From: an uncultured beta proteobacterium | GTDB taxonomy: Bacteria; Pseudomonadota; Gammaproteobacteria; Burkholderiales; Rhodocyclaceae | DNA length: 24,000 nt | NCBI GenBank assembly: GCA_963816095.1 | Contig: CAWFIW010000007.1 | Span: 497,511-521,510, forward strand | Direction of reading: 5' to 3' | In this document: piece by piece, positions 9,383-16,665 of the stretch | Numbering within the stretch: the stretch's first letter is position 1 | Layout: the number at the start of each line of letters is the position of its first letter | Notes under the pieces: model-generated | What the model was told of the DNA's origin: nothing | Database searches by the model: none | The model's input: only the letters and a program-made list of their open reading frames with translations | Translations under genes and position numbers: made by a program

Positions 9383-9399
9383 TTATTAGTAACTAATAA
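9383..9399 (+). promoter_or_regulatory. perfect 8-1-8 palindrome TTATTAGT-A-ACTAATAA, candidate operator/activator site
   Basis: Read directly: positions 9383-9390 are the reverse complement of 9392-9399. It lies 4 nt upstream of the -24 element of the sigma-54-type promoter. An imperfect dyad TTGAAAATC/AATTTCCAA sits at 9344-9361. Confidence 0.35.
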
Positions 9400-9403
9400 A
9401 ATA

Positions 9404-9419
9404 TGGCACGAGTCATGCA
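9404..9419 (+). promoter_or_regulatory. sigma-54 (RpoN) -24/-12 promoter of the PEP-CTERM gene
   Basis: TGGCAC-gagtc-ATGCA against consensus TGGCAC-N5-TTGCA. GG (9405-9406) to GC (9417-9418) spacing is exactly 12, with one mismatch (T to A). Predicted TSS about 9430; ATG at 9476; SD GGGGAG at 9464-9469. Confidence 0.6.
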
Positions 9420-9475
9420 TGAAGCTAGCCGTCGTTCTGGTCTTTTTGTAAATTTCTCTTACTGGGGAGATTCAA

Positions 9476-10246
9476 ATGAAAAAAATTCTTGCAGTAGCCA
9501 TTGCTGGCATGGGTCTCTCGGGCTTTGCTCAGGCGGCCAGTTTCGTGAACGGTGGTTTTGAAGACGGCAATACGAACGGTTGGGATGTTGCAAGTTCGGC
9601 TTATCGGGCTTCCGTTAATAACACTACCCTGACGCCGGCCTGGGTTTTCGCTAATGCCACCAGTGCCAGTCATTCGGCCATCATTGCGAATAGCTACGTC
9701 GATCCCAACGTCGGCGCTCTGCTGGGCTCTACCGTCTACGGCGGCAACTACGGCTATCGTGTCGAAGACACAACGTGGGGTGGTTATGCTTCTGCGATCA
9801 AACAGACGGTTGTGAACTATACCGATCCAACCATCTATTTCGCATGGAAGGCCGTTTTGGAGGCGGCTCATGCTGTTAGTAATGCTGCAGTGATGAAGCT
9901 TGTCCTGCGCGATGAAACTGATGGGGTTGATCTGATCACCCGTCTTTATACCGCCGTCGGTAGCGGCGTGGATGCCAACTTCTCTCTAGCAAACAATTAC
10001 TATTACACGCCGCAATGGCAGATCGAACAGTTGAATCTTGGCTCTTCGCTAATGGGCCATACTTTCTCCTTGGCGGTACTTGGCTCAGACTGTCAGCCGA
10101 CAGGACATGCCGGTTATGTGTATCTCGATGGTTTTGGCGCCCAGATTCCGGATCCGGGTAATGGCGTTCCTGAGCCCGCTTCGCTGGCACTGCTTGGTTT
10201 CGGCTTGGCCGGTCTGGCCGCGACTCGTCGTCGCAAGATTATCTGA
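9476..10246 (+). CDS. secreted PEP-CTERM sorting-domain protein (exosortase substrate)
   Basis: Signal peptide MKKILAVAIAGMGLSGFAQA|A. C-terminal VPEPASLALLGFGLAGLAATRRRKII, i.e. PEP motif, TM helix and Arg cluster: the canonical PEP-CTERM tail. N-terminal NGGFEDGNTNGW suggests a lectin/CBM-like jelly-roll, which is a weak inference. Confidence 0.9.
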   Translation: MKKILAVAIAGMGLSGFAQAASFVNGGFEDGNTNGWDVASSAYRASVNNTTLTPAWVFANATSASHSAIIANSYVDPNVGALLGSTVYGGNYGYRVEDTTWGGYASAIKQTVVNYTDPTIYFAWKAVLEAAHAVSNAAVMKLVLRDETDGVDLITRLYTAVGSGVDANFSLANNYYYTPQWQIEQLNLGSSLMGHTFSLAVLGSDCQPTGHAGYVYLDGFGAQIPDPGNGVPEPASLALLGFGLAGLAATRRRKII

Positions 10247-10268
10247 AGCGCTCGTTAGTGCAGTGCTG

Positions 10269-10299
10269 AAACGGCGGCCTTCAGGTCGCCGTTTTTCTT
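10269..10299 (+). terminator. Rho-independent terminator after the PEP-CTERM gene
   Basis: AAACGGCGGCC-TTCA-GGTCGCCGTTT. An 11-bp stem with one G-U pair and a tetraloop, running into TTTTTCTT. Located 23 nt after the stop codon. Confidence 0.75.
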
Positions 10300-10349
10300 G
10301 GCAAGTACTGCAATATTATTGTTTTCGATAAAATCAATCCATTTTGGTA

Positions 10350-11876
10350 ATGATCACCCATATGCAACGAGGCTTTGCAGCAGTCAAAGCCGGCAATCCC
10401 CTGGAGGCCATGCAATGGTTTGAAAAGGCATGGCTAGCCAACCCTGCCGACGCCCAGGCACGAACTTGGCTTGGGCAATCCCTTTGCAGTCTAGGCAGGC
10501 TTGATGAAGGGACTGCCCACCTTCTTGAGGCGGGCAATAGCCTTTTGGAAAGTGCTCATGAAGCACGGAATCCCAATCTGGCTCTGGAAATAGCGGGACA
10601 ATTACAGCACTGGGGCGACTTTCCCGGTGCATTGAAGCTTCTTAAGACAGCTCTTGAGGTTTCTCCATCGGAATTTCGTGTCCATCAGCTTCTTGCCGTT
10701 ACTTATGCACAGCTGAACAAGAAAGCCGATGCGCTTGCAGCAGCCGAGCAGGCTCTACAGTTGTCGCCGGAAAATCACATGATGCAGGTCTTTCTCGGAA
10801 GTCTGGAAGCTGACGCCGGCAAGAATCAAGCTGCGCGGGATCGGCTTGAGAAGGTTGTCGCCGGGCAACCCGGGCCTCGAGAAGCTTTCAGAGCCCACAA
10901 GGAACTAGCTCGTGTCCTGGATAGGCTTGGAGAGTTCAATCCGGTCTTTGCGCATTTGCATGCCGCGGGTGTTTTGTCGGCCTCTTTGCCAGAGTATGTC
11001 CAGCAGGACGCAACCATGGTTCCGGGCATGCTCAAGGTCAATCAATCCACATTTAAGCGGAGCTTGATGGAGCGCTGGGTTGGTACGGAATTTCCTCCGG
11101 ACCAGCCAGCTCCAAACTTCGTTATTGGATTCATGCGATCCGGCACGACATTGACGCAAGAAGTTCTGGATGCGCACCCCGCGGTATTTGTTGCTGACGA
11201 AATCGATTTTATTTCAGCTATGAAGCGTGAGTTGCACTCAATGGACAAGTCTGGTGGCGGCACTGCGGAGAAACTTGATCGCCTAGATATAAACGGGTTG
11301 CTGCATCTGCGGGAATTCTATTGGAGAAGAGTGCACGAGCGGTTTGGCAATACAATTGGCAAGCGAACTTTCGTGGATAAATTCACCATGAACATAGTTG
11401 ATCTGGGCTTGATCAACTGCGTTTTTCCGGATGCCAAGGTCGTATTTGTGACGCGAGATCCTCGCGATGTCTGCCTCAGTTGTTTTATGCAATTGATGGT
11501 ACCTACACCCACCACGGTGCAGTTGCTTACCTGGGAGAGCACCATAAACTTCTACGCTGAAGTTATGGCTTGGTGGCTGTACATCAAAAACGAGATGTCT
11601 CTTCGGTTTATCGAATTTCGTTACGAGGATGTAGTCTCGGATTTTGAGGCGACCTATCGACAGGTTTTTGCGTTTCTGGGTCTGCCTTGGAACTCTGCGG
11701 TTATGGATTTCCACCAGCGCGCTGCACAGAAACATGTTGCGAGTCCTAGCCGCACCCAAGTAACTCAGCCGCTGTATGCTTCCTCAGTGGCGAGATGGCG
11801 TCACTATGAATCCGATTTCGCCGTCGTGATGCCTATCCTGCGCCCGTTCATTGAAAAGTTCGGCTATAACGATTGA
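10350..11876 (+). CDS. TPR-repeat protein fused to PAPS-dependent sulfotransferase domain
   Basis: The N-terminal ~230 aa are TPR-like (repeated A..W/Y..A..L.P). The C-terminal domain has the 5'-PSB motif FVIGFMRSGTTLTQEVL, the 3'-PB motif VVFVTRDPRDVCLSCF, and FRYEDVVSDFEATYRQVFAFLGLPW...VARWRHY, typical of the Sulfotransfer_3-like family. Start uncertain: TTG 10344, ATG 10350 or ATG 10362. Confidence 0.85.
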   Translation: MITHMQRGFAAVKAGNPLEAMQWFEKAWLANPADAQARTWLGQSLCSLGRLDEGTAHLLEAGNSLLESAHEARNPNLALEIAGQLQHWGDFPGALKLLKTALEVSPSEFRVHQLLAVTYAQLNKKADALAAAEQALQLSPENHMMQVFLGSLEADAGKNQAARDRLEKVVAGQPGPREAFRAHKELARVLDRLGEFNPVFAHLHAAGVLSASLPEYVQQDATMVPGMLKVNQSTFKRSLMERWVGTEFPPDQPAPNFVIGFMRSGTTLTQEVLDAHPAVFVADEIDFISAMKRELHSMDKSGGGTAEKLDRLDINGLLHLREFYWRRVHERFGNTIGKRTFVDKFTMNIVDLGLINCVFPDAKVVFVTRDPRDVCLSCFMQLMVPTPTTVQLLTWESTINFYAEVMAWWLYIKNEMSLRFIEFRYEDVVSDFEATYRQVFAFLGLPWNSAVMDFHQRAAQKHVASPSRTQVTQPLYASSVARWRHYESDFAVVMPILRPFIEKFGYND

Positions 11877-11971
11877 GACTTCAACTGATATTCAGGGTCG
11901 CAGAGCCGGATTTGAACTGATTCGAAGAAATGGATGTACCACAGGCGTGGTCTATTAGAGGAGTGGTTTCC

Positions 11972-14728
11972 GTGAAACTGATCAATGCACACTTGGTGGT
12001 TGTTGCGGCCGCTGCATTTCTCGCCGTCGGTTGCTCCAATTCGACTGCCGATTCCATCCGGCAGGGCAAGGAGCATCTGAACAAAGGGGAGCTGTCTTCT
12101 GCCGTTATCTCCTTCAAGAATGCCGTTCAGAGTGATGCGTCGTCGTCAGAGGCGCGCTCAGCACTGGCCGACGCCCTGGAGCGAACGGGCGACATGGTCG
12201 GGGCCGAACAACACTTACGCCAGGCATTGGTCCACGGCGGCAATGCCGACGACCTTGTCCCCAGAATTGCATTGCTGCTTCTCGACCGTGGCGATTACGC
12301 CATTTTGGTCAAGGACTTCGCTGATCGGGAGCTTGCGCTTCCCACCGCCGACAGCGAATTGCGCGGTATCGTCGCTTTGGCGCATTTGGCACTGAGACAT
12401 CAGGACAAGGCGGAATGGCAACTGACGAGGGCCACAATCAATGCGCCTGCCGTAAGACTCGCGAAGGCTCAAATGGCCATCCAGGCAAAGCGCCCACAAG
12501 AAGCCATGGTAGAGGTGGAGGATCTCATCAAGGAAGGCAAGGCGCCCTGGTGGGTTCGGCGCGCGGCAAGTCGGTTGTATGTGGCTCGTGGCGATCAAGC
12601 CAATGCCTTGGCGTCCATGAAGAGTTCCTACGAGTTAGCCGGGTGGCATCAGGGGGTTATTGGTGAATATGCCGAGCAACTGTTCGAGGCCGGTAAATCT
12701 GCCGAGGCCAAGCCATTGTTGAACAAGCTCAGGAAAATCGCCCCTCGATATTGGCGGACTGCTTTCGTTGAAGCCTTGTTCCAGATGGAGGAGGGTAAGC
12801 AAGATCAGGCCCATGCCTTGGTTACAAAAGTTCTTGTGGCCTTGCCTGAACATGTCCCATCGTTACTGATTGCAGCAAAAGTTGAACTGGATCGTGGCGA
12901 ACTTTCATCGGCGGATAGCCGCTTGCGCAAAATTCTTTTCATTAATCCCGCGTCCCTCGGGGCGCTCCGCATGCAGTTCTTGCTGGAGCTTCGCCGCAAC
13001 GATTTGAAAGCTGCGGCAGCGATACTTGATCGCGCTTTGCGCTTGGCGCCGAATGATCGAGGTCTGCAGACGGCCTCCGCCGAACTTGCCTGGGCCAAGG
13101 GCGACAAGGCGGGTGCCGTGAAGCAGCTAACCAAAGCGGCCCAGACCCAGCCCCCCGGGGCCGACATACTGATTCGACTTGCCGAAATGAAGTTCGCACT
13201 GGGCAAACGTGACGAAGCTGGTCAGGCAATAAGTCAGGCAATTCAACTCTCCCATGACAACCCCGGCCTCAGGGAAGGCGTATTCCGCGCTCTTCTGAAC
13301 ATGCACTTGCTGGATAAGGCGCGGGAAATGGCCAAGGCAGAGTTGGAGCTTCGCCCCAAGGAACCTGAGCCCTACCTCTGGATGGCCGCGGTGGCGGGTA
13401 TTGAGGGCAATGAAGCGGCTGCCTTCGAGCAGACCAGCCGCGCCCTGGACGTCCGCCCCGACTACTACCCGGCCCTGATGGCACTCGCGATATCCGCAAC
13501 GTCTGCGGACCGCAGCAAGCAATATGACGACCGGCTGAAAAGGGCGGTGGATGATAAAACAAAGGATGTTCGCATCTATTTCGACCTCGCCAAGAGAATG
13601 AGGATTGCTGGTGCAGATTCCGACAAGATTGGTGCGGTGCTCGAGCGCGGCGTGGCAGCGGATGCGGAGTCGGTCGGGTTGCGTGAGGCAGCGATTCGTC
13701 ACTGGCTGGCCTGGGGCAAGAAGGACAAGGCGCTGTCAGTGGCGAGCGAGGGCGAGGCCGCGAATCCTGACAATCTGGCGATGAAAGTGCTGGCAGCCTC
13801 GACACATGAAGCTGCTGGCAATTTCGAACAAGCGATCAACAAGTATGCCGAACTCAAGGCGCGCTTTCCGGAGCGTGTGGACTGGGGTTTGAGGCATGCA
13901 CAAACCCTGGTGCGTGCTGGCAAAGCACCGGACGCTATGCTTGCGTTGCGCAAGTTGATCGCCCAGCGTCCGGATGAGCCAGCCCCATATCAAATGCTGG
14001 CAATGCTGCAGGTCGAACAGAAACAGGGCAGCGACGCGTTGGTAACTGCCGGCATGCTGACCGATCGCCCCAAGCTCAAAGCCACTGGTCTGTTATTGCG
14101 TGGCGATGTACATGCGGTATTGGAGGAAGAACCCAAGGCGCTCAAAGCCTACGAAACGGCGGGCAAGGCGGGTGCATTGGAAGAAGCGGGGCTGCGCAGG
14201 ATCGAGTTGCAGGCGCGTACGCTGGGTGGCGACTATGCCATTAGCGAATTGCGTGATTGGCTGGCCAAGCATCCGGACAGTATTCCTGCAATGACTTTGG
14301 CAGTTCGCTATGCCAGTGCCAAAGGGGATTACGCTACTGCGGCCAAATATCTGGAAACTATCGACAAACTGAACCCGAACAATCCGGTGACGTTGAACGA
14401 TCTGGCGTGGGCTTACGCTCAGGCTCGAAAGCCTGAGGCGTTGGCGGTGGCACGGAAAGCCATCGCGATGGCGCCGGAAAATCCTCAGGTTCTGGATACA
14501 CTGGCCGAGGCGCAAGCCTTGGCGGGACAGAAAAAGGATGCCATCGCGAGCCTGCGCTTGGCAATGGCACTTGCTCCGAGTAATTCGGTTGTGAAAGTCC
14601 ATCTCGCCGAACTGCTGGTCGAAGAGGGCAGCAAGAAGGAAGCTGTCGGGCTGCTGGAAGGCATCGATCAGCATGCGCTTGACAAGGAGGCAACGATCCG
14701 GTTCCAGCACATCAAGGGGAGTCTGTAA
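11972..14728 (+). CDS. prsT: PEP-CTERM system TPR-repeat lipoprotein PrsT
   Basis: About 918 aa of TPR repeats throughout, the size and architecture of TIGR02917. GTG 11972 is preceded by AGAGGAG (11957-11963). It gives the lipoprotein signal MKLINAHLVVVAAAAFLAVG|CS (lipobox LAVGC). The track ORF starts earlier, at 11930. Confidence 0.8.
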   Translation: MKLINAHLVVVAAAAFLAVGCSNSTADSIRQGKEHLNKGELSSAVISFKNAVQSDASSSEARSALADALERTGDMVGAEQHLRQALVHGGNADDLVPRIALLLLDRGDYAILVKDFADRELALPTADSELRGIVALAHLALRHQDKAEWQLTRATINAPAVRLAKAQMAIQAKRPQEAMVEVEDLIKEGKAPWWVRRAASRLYVARGDQANALASMKSSYELAGWHQGVIGEYAEQLFEAGKSAEAKPLLNKLRKIAPRYWRTAFVEALFQMEEGKQDQAHALVTKVLVALPEHVPSLLIAAKVELDRGELSSADSRLRKILFINPASLGALRMQFLLELRRNDLKAAAAILDRALRLAPNDRGLQTASAELAWAKGDKAGAVKQLTKAAQTQPPGADILIRLAEMKFALGKRDEAGQAISQAIQLSHDNPGLREGVFRALLNMHLLDKAREMAKAELELRPKEPEPYLWMAAVAGIEGNEAAAFEQTSRALDVRPDYYPALMALAISATSADRSKQYDDRLKRAVDDKTKDVRIYFDLAKRMRIAGADSDKIGAVLERGVAADAESVGLREAAIRHWLAWGKKDKALSVASEGEAANPDNLAMKVLAASTHEAAGNFEQAINKYAELKARFPERVDWGLRHAQTLVRAGKAPDAMLALRKLIAQRPDEPAPYQMLAMLQVEQKQGSDALVTAGMLTDRPKLKATGLLLRGDVHAVLEEEPKALKAYETAGKAGALEEAGLRRIELQARTLGGDYAISELRDWLAKHPDSIPAMTLAVRYASAKGDYATAAKYLETIDKLNPNNPVTLNDLAWAYAQARKPEALAVARKAIAMAPENPQVLDTLAEAQALAGQKKDAIASLRLAMALAPSNSVVKVHLAELLVEEGSKKEAVGLLEGIDQHALDKEATIRFQHIKGSL

Positions 14729-14746
14729 CAGCTTGAGGGTGTTGTG

Positions 14747-14773
14747 GCGTCCCGGTTTTCGTCGGCCGGGCGC
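14747..14773 (+). terminator. weak GC hairpin downstream of prsT (possible terminator)
   Basis: GCG(T)CCCGG - 10-nt loop - CCGGGCGC, 19 nt after the prsT stop. Followed by only TT, so it is not a canonical intrinsic terminator. Confidence 0.25.
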
Positions 14774-14785
14774 TTGCGTTCAAGG

Positions 14786-14791
14786 TATAAT
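14786..14791 (+). promoter_or_regulatory. perfect TATAAT -10 hexamer upstream of lepA
   Basis: TATAAT at 14786-14791, 87 nt upstream of the lepA TTG. No convincing -35 hexamer at 16-19 nt spacing. Confidence 0.25.
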
Positions 14792-14877
14792 CCGCGCCCA
14801 TTTCATCAGCTTGATCGGACGCGCGCCTGGGCCTGAATATTGAGCCGGGCCAGCCTGTCCGCATCGTCTCCCGCCCC

Positions 14878-16665
14878 TTGGATCACATCAGAAACTTTTC
14901 CATCATTGCCCACATCGATCACGGCAAGTCGACGCTGGCCGATCGCATCATCCAGCGTTGCGGCGGCCTGTCCGACCGTGAAATGTCGGAACAGGTGCTC
15001 GATTCGATGGATATCGAGCGCGAACGCGGCATCACCATCAAAGCCCAGACCGCGTCGCTTTCGTACCTGTCCAGAGACGGCAAGCGCTACAACCTGAATC
15101 TCATCGATACGCCGGGGCATGTCGACTTTTCTTACGAAGTGTCGCGCAGCCTGTCAGCCTGCGAAGGTGCGTTGCTGGTAGTGGATGCCTCGCAGGGCGT
15201 CGAGGCGCAAACAGTGGCGAACTGCTACACCGCCCTCGAATTGGGTGTCGAGGTGCTTCCCGTCCTTAATAAAATGGATCTGCCGCAAGCGAATCCCGAT
15301 GGCGCACGCGAAGAAATCGAAGAAGTCATCGGCATCGATGCCACCGACGCCATTCCCTGTTCGGCCAAGACTGGTATGGGTATCGAAGACATCCTTGAAG
15401 CGGTGATTGCGCGGATTCCTCCGCCCAAGGGTGACCCGGCCGCACCATTCAAGGCTTTGATTATCGATTCGTGGTTCGACAACTATGTCGGCGTGGTGAT
15501 GCTGGTACGTGTTATCGATGGCACGCTGGGTCCCAAGGAACGCATTCGTCTGATGTCAACGGGAACCATCCATCTGTGCGAGCAGGTCGGCGTGTTTACG
15601 CCAAAATCCAAAGCCAAGGAACAGTTATCGGCTGGCGAGGTGGGGTTCATCATATCCGGCATCAAGGAATTGCAAGCCGCAAAAGTCGGGGATACCGTGA
15701 CGAAAGCCGATCGTCCGGCGACTGAGCCCCTGCACGGATTCAAGGAAATCAAGCCACAGGTGTTCGCCGGCCTCTATCCGATCGAGTCAAACCAGTACGA
15801 CCAACTGCGGGAGTCACTGGAAAAGCTGCAACTCAACGATGCTTCGCTGCATTACGAGCCGGAAGTGTCGCAGGCCCTCGGTTTCGGTTTTCGCTGCGGT
15901 TTCCTTGGCCTGCTGCACATGGAAATCGTGCAGGAGCGGCTGGAACGCGAGTTCGATCAGGATCTGATCACCACGGCGCCGACGGTGGTCTATCAGGTAC
16001 GCCTGCGCGATGGTACTGAAGTCCTCGTGGAGAATCCCTCGAAACTGCCCGAAGTGCAGAAGATCGAGGAGATTCGCGAGCCGATCATCACGACGGCGAT
16101 TTTCGTGCCGCAGGACTATCTGGGCGCGGTGATTACCCTGTGCGAGTCGAAACGCGGCTCGCAGGTCGATATGCGCTACCACGGACGTCAGGTGCATGTG
16201 ACTTATGAGATGCCGCTTGCCGAGGTGGTCTTCGATTTCTTCGACAAGCTCAAGTCGGTCTCGCGCGGCTATGCTTCACTCGACTATGAATTCAAGGAAT
16301 ATCGGGCCGCCGACGTTATCCGGCTCGATATCCTGATCAACGGTGAGCGGGTCGATGCGCTGTCGGTGATCGTGCATCGCGCCAATGCGCACTACCGCGG
16401 CCGTGAACTCGCTTCGAAGATGCGCGGGTTAATCCCCCGCCAGATGTACGATGTGGCGATCCAGGCGGCGATCGGTTCAACCATCGTGGCACGCGAGAAC
16501 GTCAAGGCCATGCGCAAGGATGTGCTGGCCAAGTGCTACGGTGGTGACATTACGCGCAAGAAGAAACTGCTCGAAAAACAGAAGGCCGGCAAAAAGCGCA
16601 TGAAGCAGGTTGGCAGTGTCGAAATTCCCCAGGAGGCTTTCCTGGCGGTGTTGCGTGGTGGAACG
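14878..16665 (+). CDS. lepA: elongation factor 4 (LepA); no in-frame stop in this sequence, reads through into lepB
   Basis: [26 protein letters not shown] (G1), DTPGHVDF (G3), NKMD (G4), C-terminal [34 protein letters not shown] 14878 aligns with the canonical LepA N-terminus. Deleting one G of the GG at 16657-16658 gives ...AVLRVER-TGA (16667-16669), a normal LepA end with an ATGA overlap onto lepB. Confidence 0.9.

Noticed and set aside
10298-10312. Second sigma-54-like element TTGGCAagtacTGCA upstream of the sulfotransferase gene
   Set aside because: GG to GC spacing is 10 rather than the required 12, so the -24 and -12 elements would sit on the wrong helical face. It also directly overlaps the terminator tail.
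9347-10337. Shared 9-mer AAAATCAAT (9347-9355 and 10329-10337) and CAATATTA in the two AT-rich intergenic regions, considered as a common regulatory box
   Set aside because: A rough expectation for a 9-mer match between two AT-rich regions of 100-180 bp is near 1. The order of the two words is also inverted between the sites. This is not distinguishable from chance without more sequences.
11930-11971. Longer PrsT start at 11930 (MDVPQAWSIRGVVS...)
   Set aside because: GTG 11972 has an AGAGGAG SD 8 nt upstream and yields a canonical lipoprotein signal peptide. The extension would bury it.
7435-14800. The accessory segment as a mobile genomic island
   Set aside because: No integrase, transposase, tRNA target or flanking direct repeats are visible. 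All genes share the strand of the flanking operons. Only the composition of 9.3-11.9 kb is deviant. Acquisition cannot be excluded, but a mobile element cannot be supported.
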